NCBI GenBank assembly: GCA_964016885.1
Contig: OZ024744.1
Span: 76,260,001 to 76,324,000 of the forward strand
Direction: 5' to 3'
Length of the DNA: 64,000 bases
Source: Eledone cirrhosa
Lineage: Eukaryota
Made by a program: the position numbers and the translations under genes. Under the pieces are notes generated by a model. The model saw only the letters and a program-made list of their open reading frames with translations. It did not search any database and was not told the DNA's origin. Below, one piece after another: positions 41,560 through 53,899 of the stretch (position 1 is its first letter; each line of letters begins with the position of its first letter).

Positions 41560-41604
41560 GCTCTGACGAATCCTACGGTTACGTAAGGAAGAAACATTGT
41601 AAGC
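41560..41604 (+). ncRNA. type I hammerhead motif followed by AATAAA
   Basis: GCT-CTGACGA-a-TCCTACG gtta CGTAAGGA-a-GAAAC att GTA-AGC; AATAAA 41606-41611. Confidence 0.65.
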
Positions 41605-41650
41605 CAATAAAAATCTTTTGATGTTGTAGACGCTCTTGTGTTCTTTATCA

Positions 41651-41726
<76 letters not shown>

Positions 41727-41950
41727 CAAGAAGCATCGTAGGATTGAGTTAACTGCTATGCTGGTAGCTTACCTCTTCATCAAGGGTGTTGGTTCTAGAG
41801 AAATTACTACCCTGGTAGACGATCTTATCCACACTCTTCAATATTTTTCCTTTCGATGGTGGAATATACATGCTCGCGAAGGTGGATTATCTTGAAAGTC
41901 GCTAAACATGTTAGAAATAATAGCCAAATCACACTCTAATATCTTAAAGC

Positions 41951-42168
41951 CGGTGGATTAACAGAATCTGTAAAGCCTCGGACAACATGCTTAGCGACAT
42001 AGAGTTACGCCCCTTTATGTTCTGAATTCAAATCTCGCCGAGGTTAACTTTGCCTGTCATCCTTAAGAAGTCGATAAAATAAAGTACCAGGAAAGCAGTG
42101 GGGTTGATTTAATCGACTTTCACCTATCCCTTTAAATTGCTGGCCTTGTACCTAATTTAGAAACAGAT
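41951..42168 (+). mobile_element. Deu/Nin-domain SINE with TSD
   Basis: Full head, core and tail; flanking ATATCTTAAAG direct repeat. Confidence 0.85.
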
Positions 42169-42374
42169 ATCTTAAAGACTACGAACACGGAGAGTTTCTG
42201 TTAGGAGATGGAGGTCAATCCAACACTCTCTCATACAACGGATAAATCTGACAGAGTATCTAGAAATACATTTTCTATTTTTTACTTTCTATTTTAAGGC
42301 GCTATGCTATGCTTCGTTGTTATTTCTCGTAAATTGAATGACTGCAAAGTTTAGGTCCTCTTGTGTTGTATATA

Positions 42375-42448
<74 letters not shown>

Positions 42449-42465
42449 TACATACATCACACACA

Positions 42466-42565
<100 letters not shown>

Positions 42566-42610
42566 GTAAGTATGGACGAGGTGTCAAATTTTCATAAAGT
42601 TTATTCAGGT

Positions 42611-42694
42611 GTGACGCGAGTTTCGCAATTGAACAGCTCAAGATTCGATCTCTATCGATCAGACCCGACTCTGGAACCCAAATCTCATCAGAAT
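42611..42694 (-). ncRNA. hammerhead motif with ~60-nt stem II (copy 2)
   Basis: Minus strand CTGATGA-G...(TCGAT agag ATCGA)...GC-GAAACTCGCGTC-AC. Confidence 0.55.
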
Positions 42695-42752
42695 TCTGTT
42701 AGCTTAATGACGGAATGATATGAGTATAGCGTTGAAAGAAAACTATATATAT

Positions 42753-42880
<128 letters not shown>

Positions 42881-42984
42881 ATTTAGTGTATGATATTTAA
42901 AGCTACATTATCAAACATGCATCATTTTTCTTCTAAACTTGATTTTCTTTTCATAATGGCAGAGTCCTATTTGAAGTATGTCCG

Positions 42985-44325
42985 ATGTGGTGTCCTGTGA
43001 TATGGTATAGTCTGGTGCAGTGTGGTGTGGTGTAGTGCGGTGTGGTGTCCTGTGATGTGGTGTAGTCTGGTGTAGTGTGATGTGGTGTGGTATAGTGTGA
43101 TGTGGTGTCCTGTGATGTGGTGTAGTTTGGTGAGACGTGGTGTAGTGTGGGGTAGTGTTGTGTGGTGTGGTGTGGTGTGATGTAGTCTGGTGTAGTTTAG
43201 TGTGGTATGGTGTGGTGTAGTCTGGTGTAGTTTAGTGTGGTTTAGTCTGGTGTAGTATGGTGGGGGTGTGGTGTTGTGTGGTGTGGCGTGGTGTGGTGTG
43301 GTGTGGTGTAGTTTACTGTCGTCTGCTTTAGTGTGGTGTGATTTAGTGTGATGTGGTATAGTATGGTGTGGTGTAGTGTGGTGTGGTGTAGTGTGGTGTG
43401 CTTTAGGGTGGTGTGGTGTAGTGTGGTATGATGTGGTATGGTGTAGTTTAGTGTGGTGTAGTGTGGTGTAGTGTGGTGTGGTTTAGTGTGATGTGGTGTA
43501 GTGTGGTCTGGTTTAGTGTGGTGTAGTGTGGTGTGGTTTAGTGTGGTGTGGTGTTGTGTGTTGTGGTCTGGTTTAGTATGGTGTAGTGTGGTGTGGTGTG
43601 ATGTAGTGTGGTGTGCTGTAGTGTAGTGTGGTGTAATGTAGTGTAGTGTGGTGTAGCGTGGTGTAGTGTGATGTAGTGTGCTGAGGTGTGGTGTAGTGTA
43701 GTGTAGTGTGGTGTAATGTGGTGTAGTGGGATGTAGTTTAGTGTGGCGTGGTGTAGTTTAGTGTGGTGTAGTGTAGTCTGGTGTAGTTTAGTGTAGTGTG
43801 GTTTAGTGAGGTGTGGTGTTGTTAAGTGTGTGGTGTGGTCTAGTCTGGTGTGGTTTAGTGTGGTGTGTTTTAGTGTGGTGTTGTTTAGTGTGTGGTGTAG
43901 TGTGGTGTGGTTTAGTGTGGTGCAGTGTAGTCTGGTGTAGTTTAGTGTAGTGTGATTTAGTGCGGTGTAGTGTTGTTTAGTGTGTGGGGTAGTCTGGTGT
44001 GGTTTAGTGTGGTGTGGTTTAGTGTGGTGCAGTGCTGTCTGGTGTAGTTTGGTGTAGTGTGTTTTAGTGTGGTGTGGTGTTGTTTAGTGTGTGGTGTAGT
44101 GTGTTGTTGTGTGATATGGTATAGTGTGGTGTGGTGTGGTATGGTATGGTATGGGTTTGTGTGGTGTGGTGTAGTGTGATGTGGTATAGTATGGTTTTTG
44201 TGTGGTGGTAGTGTGATGTGGTATAGTGTGGTGTGGAGTGTGGGCTGGTGTATTCTGGTGTGGTGTGTCGTGGCATAGTATGTTGTAGTATAGTGCGGTG
44301 TAGTGTGGTGGGTTATGGTGTAGGG
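42985..44325 (+). repeat. degenerate (GGTGT/AGTGT)n pentanucleotide array
   Basis: Directly visible 5-bp periodicity over ~1.3 kb. Confidence 0.9.
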
Positions 44326-44737
44326 GTATGTGACAGGTGCAGATTTGACTACTATTTCTAACTGGTCGACTGATTGCTTTGGGGGATCCCTTGTTTAGTT
44401 GTAAATGAACGTAAGACGATTAGAAATCAGACAAACATCTATTTCATAATTCACAACACATGTAATAAATTATGCTTCGAATAAATTACATTTTTCTTTC
44501 TAGAATTTAATTTCTTGAAGTTTTAAATTTTTTTTTTTTTTATTTATTTATTTTTGTGGCATTTTATAATCCGTGGGGGTGAAATTTGAATAATTGAAAT
44601 ATATGAAACATAGTACATTCACATAAAGTGAAAGAGAGAAAGAGAGAGAGTGGGGGGTGGGGGGTAGACAGAGAGAGACAACTTTCTTGTTTTTTCTTGT
44701 TGCTGTTGTTATTGTTGTTGTTGGTGTTGTTGTCCTC

Positions 44738-44895
44738 CTTCTTCTTCTTCTTCTTCTTCTTCTTCTTCTTCTTCTTCTTCTTCTTCTTCTTCTTCTTCTT
44801 CTTCTTCTTCTTCTTCTTCTTCTTCTTCTTCTTCTTCTTCTTCTTCTTCTTCTTCTTCTTCTTCTTCTTCTTCTTTTTCTTCTTCTTCTTCTTCT
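44738..44895 (+). repeat. (CTT)n array
   Basis: Directly visible. Confidence 0.95.
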
Positions 44896-45068
44896 CATCA
44901 TCGTCATCATCTTCCTCCTTGCACATATGAAATATACAGTGATATATATATATATATATATATATAAAGAGAGAGAGAGAGAGAGAGACAGAGAAAGAAA
45001 GAGAGAGAGAGAGGGAAGAAGAGGACTAATGTTTCTTATTTTTCTTTTATATTTTGAAAATATATATC

Positions 45069-45159
<91 letters not shown>

Positions 45160-45409
45160 CGAATTCTATGATCTATATATATGATTTACAAACACACCCA
45201 CATAGATTTTTAAAAAGAGAAACATTATATTTGGGTGTAACTTAAATGATGAAACTGTTTGCATGAATGTAAAATGTCCGTGTAATAAAATTGACACAGT
45301 GGAGTATATGTAGGTGGTGGTGCTGCTGGTGGTGGTGGTGGTGGTGGTGGTGGGGTGGGGGTGTTGTTGTTGTTGTTGCTGCTGCTGCTGCTACTGCTGC
45401 TGCTGCTGC

Positions 45410-45470
<61 letters not shown>

Positions 45471-45702
45471 GCTTCTGCTGCTGCTGCTGTTGTTGTTGTT
45501 GTTGTTGTTTAGCCCTTGGTCAGCCCTGATCAACCAGAATAACGAGAAAAAATATATCATTCTTATTAAATAAATCTTCCTATTAAATCATAATTCGTAT
45601 AGTATTATATTATCCGCTACGTTCAACACATTTTATTATGGTAGTGTGTGTTAGTGTTTTGAGAGAGATTTCCAGTAGCAACGACTCCTTTGTTGACTAT
45701 TA

Positions 45703-46223
45703 CACTGGTCAACGAAATTTTGTTTCTTTTTTCTGCTTACCAAAGTGGCCTGCTCTTGAGTAATTTGGGACCACTGAGTTTTAAAATGAGAGATACTTTT
45801 TTTCATATCACGTCAAGTATTTTATTATCTATGGCCTGATCCATATTGGCTCCATCCATAGCTTCAAGAGATAGCACATTGGTCAACAAAATTTTGCTTT
45901 TCTTTTCTGCTAACCAAAGTTTGAGACCTGCTCTTGAGTAATTTTGAACCGCTGAGTTTAAAAATGACAATATTTTGTTTCTACCACGTCAAGTTTTTCA
46001 TTATCTATGGGCTGGTCCATATTGGCTCCACCCAAAGCTACAAGATATATTATAGGTAATAATTTATGTTGATATTTCCTGTGTTTATAGGATAGCCGAG
46101 CGGAAGACAAACATGGAAACATGATGTGTTAGTAAAAATGGACGCCATATTTGAAATCAGCACCTCAAACTTAGCTAAAAACAACAACAAAACCTAAGTC
46201 AGTAAAAAGTGTGTTGACCAATG
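45703..46223 (+). mobile_element. Chapaev3-like non-autonomous DNA transposon
   Basis: TTA|CACTGGTCAAC ... GTTGACCAATG|TTA: CACTG termini with a 3-bp TTA TSD; 5' ~173 bp tandemly duplicated. Confidence 0.65.
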
Positions 46224-47893
46224 TTATTATATACTCACATAAGGGCGGTGGTTTGGCAGTATCGGTAGAGGGTCGGACGCCATGCTTTGCAGCATAGAGT
46301 TACGACCCTTTACGATCTGGATTCAAATCCCACCGATGTTAACACATATAAGGTTTACGTAATGTCCGTGTGTGTCTGTGTATGCGTGTATTGGCGTATG
46401 TGTGTATGTGTAATGAGTATGTGTATAAGCGAGTGTTCGCGTGTACGATGAGGTTTCATTCAATTTCACAAACAGAACTATATAATACTAGAATCTTTTT
46501 CTATACGCTGACGCCTATGTGTATATGTGTGTGCATGGGTGTATGTGCATATGCATACATTTATATGTATGAGTATATAAATATAAACGTGCAAACACAG
46601 ACACACTTACAAAAATACATACTCACAGCTATACATTCACACAAACACACACAGTCACATACACTCACACACAGCGTAGTTTTTCAAGCATCCCCTTCCT
46701 TCATTTTACACACACATACGTTCACACAGGCAGCGGACGTGAAGAGAAAGGAGTAGTATGAGGTAGTCAACTTCCTTCTCTCTCTTTACGTGCTGTTGAC
46801 AGAATCGCAGGAATGTATATAGAGATTTAAATTACAGAAAAGGCGGCACTCCGTCGGTTGCAATGACGAGTGTTCCAATTGATCTGATCAACGTGGCTGA
46901 ACATTCCACAGATATACGTACCCTGGGAGATTCAGTGTGACACTGTCACTGTACGTGACACGACCGGCCCTTCGAATTACAGGTACAACTCATTTTTGCC
47001 ACTGACTGGACTGAAGCAACGTGAAAGTAAAATGTCTTGCTCAAGAACACAATGTGCTACCGGGAATGGAAGTCACGACCTTTCGATTGTTAGCTGAATA
47101 ACATTACCCACAAAGTCAATCACCTTCACATTTAAATTATAGTGTATATTTAAAATGACTGAATATTGAAATGACACTACTCAGGTAGATAGAAAAGGCA
47201 GTGATCTACCACACAGGTAGATATAAAATACTAGTACTGACGAAATGTATAAGAAAGAGAACTTATAACATTAGTAGATTATATATTTTATTATTTTGAT
47301 GGAATTAAGTAAGGGCGTTGGATTGGCAGACTCGGTAAAGCGTCGGACACCATGTTTTGCAGCATAGAGTTATGGCCCTACTCACCACCATAGGCGCTGG
47401 GCTTGGCCAGCCGCAGGTGTGAGCTTCGCGAGATGGAATGGCTCTTCCAGCGCGTCTCCCTTGCTGTTCTCTCTGGGGAAACGCCTTCTCCATTCTGTCC
47501 GCGGGGACTGTGGGGAAGCCATCTATATGATTGACTGACTTTTCATTTCATCAGTCAACATGAACACACACACATATATATATATATATATAAATTTGTT
47601 ATGGCCCTTATGTTCTGAGTTCAAATCCCGCCGCGGTTAACTTTGCCTTTCATCCTTACGGGGGCCGATAAAATAAAGTACCAGTAATGTACTGGAGTCT
47701 ATTTAATCGGCTTTCCCCTCCCCTTAAATTACTGGCATTGTGCCTATACTATATATATATATGTATGTGATCGAGTAACGTGAAAATAAGCGTGTAGCGA
47801 TCTCTAGACCTACCAGTTCAGAGAAACAATTGTCAGCAATGAGATTAAAAACCTTTTTTGTATAGCAAACCGTGTCACTCTTCTTTCCTGATT

Positions 47894-47938
<45 letters not shown>

Positions 47939-47977
47939 ATACTTGGGGAGGGTCATATTTGTGTAATATTGCCAGAA

Positions 47978-48009
<32 letters not shown>

Positions 48010-48019
48010 ACCAGAATTA

Positions 48020-48075
<56 letters not shown>

Positions 48076-48555
48076 TAAAAGAGAAAACACAGGTAAGCAT
48101 TAAGAGAAGGATTTTATCGAGGTATTTACGACCGTTTCATTGGTAAGTGCAACCTTATATTGCTATACTGCAAATACCAGCCACTCAATTATAATTGTTG
48201 TTCACAGTCCAAATTTTCAAAATAGTGAGTTACTCTTGAAATAATTCTTAATATATAGAGAAAAACATTTATTTGGAATTGTATTTACTAGTATAGAGAG
48301 AGAGGAATCAGGAGGTGAGGGAACAGACGGCATAGTATAGAGAGAGAGGAAGGGGGAAGAGGTAGGAAGTAGAATGACAAACTGAGATGGAGGGAGGGGT
48401 AGAGGTGGAAGGATTCTTTGGTCAGTTTTGATAGCAGACATCGTGTCGTGGAGTGTAGTGAAACCATCCATGAAACTGGCTTTCTTAACCAAAAACTGGA
48501 TCACAATAAGCAATTTTTTGCTTCTCTAACTATATAGACCCTCCATCTCAACTCA

Positions 48556-48593
48556 CCTTTTGAAAAGCAGAAGAACTGCGAAACCGGTAAAGG
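48556..48593 (+). ncRNA. minimal hammerhead with U3:A8 core variant
   Basis: CCTT-TTGAAAA-GCAG aagaa CTGC-GAAACCGGTA-AAGG; AATAAA 48599-48604. Confidence 0.6.
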
Positions 48594-48736
48594 AACCAAA
48601 TAAATATATATATTTTTTAAAAAAATAAGACTTCAGTTGCATTTTCGATTTCATCCCTTTTTCTTTATACTTCCACTCGTGTAGGACACCTCGGTTATTT
48701 TTCATTTTGTAAAAAAAAACCTCACTTTCTAATATA

Positions 48737-48813
<77 letters not shown>

Positions 48814-49382
48814 ATATGTGCAACCAGCAGTATTCTTCTCACCCATATTTTTCATATATTTACCCAAACTGCAATTCTGTGTTTCTCTCTTTCTCTCTTA
48901 CTGCTCCCTCGTTCTCTCTGTTTCTCTTACTTTCTTTCGTCCCCTCTGCCATGTCAGTTAACTCTTTCTCTCTACTGACCGCTTCCTCGCACTCCCACTC
49001 ACTCAGTCCCTGTTTCTCCCCTTCTTTCTTCCTCCCGTTCGCTGGGAAAACGGTTTTCATTCTTTCTAACACCGGATTCACTAGCGAAAGGTCTGTTGCT
49101 GACTCGCTCATATATTCACACAGCTTATGCTGAAAGAATAACTATGTTGCTTGTGTTTATTTCCATCTTCGGTTAGCTTCCCCCTGTGTTGTTTACTTGT
49201 CTCACTCGCTTTACGCGTTTCTATTGTCCTAATAACTTATTTTAGTTATTATCGCTCCAACGTGAGGTATATGATTTTTAATGCGATGAAATACCCATGA
49301 TCGTTTGGTAAATCACTGATGAGGGACTCATTTTATAACATGTTATTCATGTGCAACCAGCAGTATTCTTCTCACCCATATT

Positions 49383-49437
<55 letters not shown>

Positions 49438-49451
49438 TATATATATATATG

Positions 49452-49526
<75 letters not shown>

Positions 49527-49549
49527 GTATATATATAAATATATATGTA

Positions 49550-49633
<84 letters not shown>

Positions 49634-49835
49634 GAGAGAGAGAGAGAGCGAGAGAGAGAGAGAATTAGTACATCTACCAACATATGCCTACAGATGTACA
49701 CTAATGCTAGCAAATATATAAGTTATGTCAAAGTACCTAGGTGGTTCTATGCAGGGGGATGCATAACAATCATATGAAAGAGTGAACATTTTAGTAAGTT
49801 AATTTTTAATTTTTTAAATTTTCTTATTTTACGTC

Positions 49836-49896
<61 letters not shown>

Positions 49897-49934
49897 TATG
49901 TATGTATATATATATATGTTTATATATAAAAGGA

Positions 49935-50275
49935 ACGATCGACTTTCGTCAAATCGGACCGAGGGAACAATGTTTCCGTTGGTCTTTCCAATTGCTAATA
50001 CTATCTATCGGTCGCAACTCCAGATAGAAGAAGCAACGTGAAATAAAGTGTCTTGCTCAAGGACATAACGCATCACCTCGTTCAGGAATCGAACTCACAA
50101 CCTTACGTTTGCGAATCCAATTCTCTAACCACTCAGCCACACGCCTTCACGTCTTGAGCAAGACACTTTATTTCACGTTGCTCCTTCTATCTGGAGTTGC
50201 GACCGATAGATAGTATTAGCAATTGGAAAGACCAACGGAAACATTGTTCTCTCGCTCCGATTTGACGAAAATCAA
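49935..50275. mobile_element. tRNA-derived SINE (-) abutting an inverted partial copy (+)
   Basis: 49945-50062 and 50152-50270 are near-perfect reverse complements; A/B boxes at 50085-50145 on the minus strand. Confidence 0.8.
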
Positions 50276-50345
50276 TAGCTTACGTTCTTCAAAATGCTTT
50301 TAATTAAGCATAAAGTGTATTGCAAAATACATTATATATACATCC

Positions 50346-50423
<78 letters not shown>

Positions 50424-50974
50424 TAAATCATGTCTTTAGAATCATCAGATAAAATATATACTATTTCTTCTTCTAATTAGCATAATTAACCATATAAAAA
50501 ATCAATTAGAACAAGCTATAAGAATAAATGCTCTTATGGAGAAATCTCCGACAAATAACCGAACGTAGCCTCTTCGCGGCGGCCTCAATATCGAGTATTT
50601 ATCCAACATTTCGACAGCATGTAGAAACACTAAATATACCATCAACCATACACAATTAGGTGTAAAATTAAACTTAGAAGAAATGCGCACATACCGTAAT
50701 TATATCTCTACCATGGTTTCTTCCTTATTTTTAGACATCCAAATAATAGGAATGTCCTGAGTTAGGATTCATCAGGAGACAAACTCAAAATCAGACATCC
50801 AGTTTTTCAATCCGATCCCGCCAAAAATAGATTCAAAAATGGCTAAGAATCGCTATGTGGCTGTGGTCAAGCCAGAAAGAATGTGATTGGTTGCTTACGG
50901 CGGGTAGGCATGCTGCTAGAAAGCGCAGCCAAATATCGCCAAATTTAATCTCAACCTATTGGGAGATTATTAAA

Positions 50975-51071
<97 letters not shown>

Positions 51072-51118
51072 ATATATATGTATATATATATGTATGTATA
51101 TATATGTATATATATATG

Positions 51119-51150
<32 letters not shown>

Positions 51151-51154
51151 TATG

Positions 51155-51231
<77 letters not shown>

Positions 51232-51290
51232 ATGTATATATTTATGTATATATATGTATATATGTATGTATATATATATGTATATATATG

Positions 51291-51371
<81 letters not shown>

Positions 51372-51641
51372 ACACACACACATACCGCACGAAAGTTACT
51401 AGGGGTTGATAGAGTGATGAATGAACTAAAAAGGTATTTTCTACTTTTACATTGGCTAGTTAAGTAGTCGCTTTGTCACTGCGAAGTCGTATCGTATCCT
51501 GTTTCGCTAGAGATTATTTTCAAATCTCTTATTCATTGGTTGTTTCACTTCGATGTGTGTTGTCGATTACGTCATTCATATTTTCTTTTATTGTCATTTT
51601 GTCTACTCCGTGAATTGTTATCTTTTATTAATATCTAAAGA

Positions 51642-52100
51642 CGGCGGTGGATTGGCAGTATTGGTAGAGAGATGGACACCATTCTTTGCTGCATAGAGTT
51701 ACAGCCCTTTACGGTCTGAGTTCAAATCCCGCCGAGGTTAACTTTGCCTTTCATCCTTATGGAGTCGATAAAATAAAGTACCAGTAATGTACTGATGTCG
51801 ATTTAATCGACTTTCCCCTCCTCCCCCCAACAAATAAATTGCTGGCCTTGTGCCTATATTAGAAACCATTGATATGTAAAAATGGCGGTGGATAGGCAGT
51901 ATCGATAGATAGGTGGACACCATGTTTTGCAGCAACGAGTTACAGCCCTTTACGGTCTGAGTTCAAATCCTGTCGAGGTTAATTTTGCCTTTCATCCTTA
52001 TGGGGTCGATAAAATAAAATACCAGTAGCGTACTGGGGTCGATTTAATCGACTTTACACTCTCCCAAATTACTGGCCTTGTGCCTATATAAGAAATCATT
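51642..52100 (+). mobile_element. two tandem full-length Deu/Nin-domain SINEs
   Basis: Two complete units; ATTAATATCTAAA flanks the pair and a variant (ATTGATATGTAAA) separates them. Confidence 0.88.
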
Positions 52101-52109
52101 AATATCTAA

Positions 52110-52580
52110 AAACAGAAAAGGATGGGAAAGGCAAGGGCTCTAGAGTCACAGGAGAATGGGAGGGGAAAGGGGGAGGGTGATGGGCTCTGGGCATAGGTCG
52201 TGTCGGTGTTGAGGCTACGGCCCAATGACAAGACCGCAAAAGCATTTCCGCGGATAATGGCCACAGACACCCGTTGCAAGAGCCACCCCACCTTGTGGAG
52301 CTCCTTCCTCAGACAGGCTGCCGACGTTTCGAACTTGCGGAGGAGCTCGGCAGTACGGAGTTCGAGGACACCTGAGGTCTTGATGACGTCCTGTGTGAAG
52401 AAGAAGCAGTCGGACAATCCTCGGTATTTGTTTGTCTTCCTTTCCTCTGCAAGGTGGGCTGCAGTACCAGGGTTCGTGGCCGAAGCGACTAAGCTGGAGG
52501 CGGAGAACGTGTCACAACATATGACATCGCAGATGAGGGATCTACCTCCTTTGAATGGGAAGAGGGTAATTCCACCAGGG
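52110..52580 (-). mobile_element. CRE-clade non-LTR element REL-endonuclease/3' fragment
   Basis: PFKGGRSLICDVICCDTFSAS...AAHLAEERKTNKY...WLLQRVSVAIIRGNAFAVL. Confidence 0.7.
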
Positions 52581-53899
52581 TGCTACTGTCTCCGCGGTCG
52601 TGGCATATTGTTGTTATCTTGTACCTGAAGTTGTTAGAAAATTATTTTGATATATTCTGTTGCGGCTTTGCATTTTAAGCGTAGTGTTTCTAAACTGTCA
52701 TCCTTTACCGGGGGTTAATTCGTTGGTTACTTTGTTTTACTATTCCGTTAGTGTAGGGTGGTACATTTGGCAGTATCGACTTTTACGTTCCGAATTCAAA
52801 TCTCGGCTAGGTTAGCTTTGCCTTTCAACCTTACGGGGTCGATAAAATAAAGTGCCAATAATGCACTGGGGTCGATTTAATCGGCTCCCCCTCCGTCAAA
52901 TTGTTGGCCTTGTGCCTAAATCTGAAACCATTATTCCATTTAATCACTCCCCCCCCCCCCCGTCAATATTCCGTTTGTTTTCTGCTATTTCCACTGCCAT
53001 TTCTTCATCGGATAGTTACCCTGATTTTATTTCCAATCGGGTTTTTTGTTAATTCATTTATTTCTGGTGTCTGCAGCTTCATATCATATCGCTTATTCAA
53101 TTGAAGAAGCATATTTATTGCGTAATTGGGCGTAATATTTCTGCGATATACAATAGAAATATCCTAGAACCATTCATGTAAGTGGTGGCATTGTTTAACA
53201 TTATCCAATATATCAATATTCTTATATCGTTCTCTTTTAATCTCAAATGTAATTCAATAGAGAAGTAATTTCCTTTCTATAAATTTTGCAGTAATTTCTT
53301 TTTATAAATTTTGCGGTATTTTCTTCCTATAAATTTTGTGATATAAGTATAAGATATGTGCTGCGTGTTTCCTTACATAATAGGTTCCAGAATGTTCCAC
53401 CGGTAGAAAAATATAACGAAGTTCAGCAACAAATATGCTTGCAGTCGTAGACACTAGAAGAAATGAACAAAAGAAAAATCTGTCTGAACTGCACACAAAT
53501 TAAATAACCAGTGAACCAGCAAAAGTTAAAGTAGCAATGGGGGTAGTTAAAGTAGAAATTCCAACATTAAAAGAACAATAAAATATATTAAATAGATTAA
53601 CCAATAAAATGTCCAACATAAAAGAATGACAATTTAGAGGTTCCAGGTATAAAATGCAATCCTCAACCACCACAGACATCAAAAACACCATGAGTGTCTT
53701 CAGATATAAAGTATAGATTTATGAAGTAAGTAGAATTATGACAACTTTAGCAAAACAGACTATCAATTAGGTTATTGATAAGGCAAATAGTGAATAAGCA
53801 ATACAGGAATCAACTACAGTAAAATTCCATAGAGTTTAGCAGAACAAGATTCCATTAGACAATCAGCAAACAGAGGCAAAACACCTCCTGATCTGTAGT

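Noticed and set aside
42985-44325. Regularly spaced repeats suggesting a CRISPR-like array
   Set aside because: Simple 5-bp periodicity without unique spacers, in a eukaryotic context.
51642-51740. tRNA gene from A/B boxes
   Set aside because: The boxes are SINE heads; no complete cloverleaf, and they continue into the Deu/Nin core.
53300-53700. Short hydrophobic minus-strand ORFs suggesting a membrane-protein exon
   Set aside because: No recognisable motif, stops between ORFs, AT-rich composition suffices.
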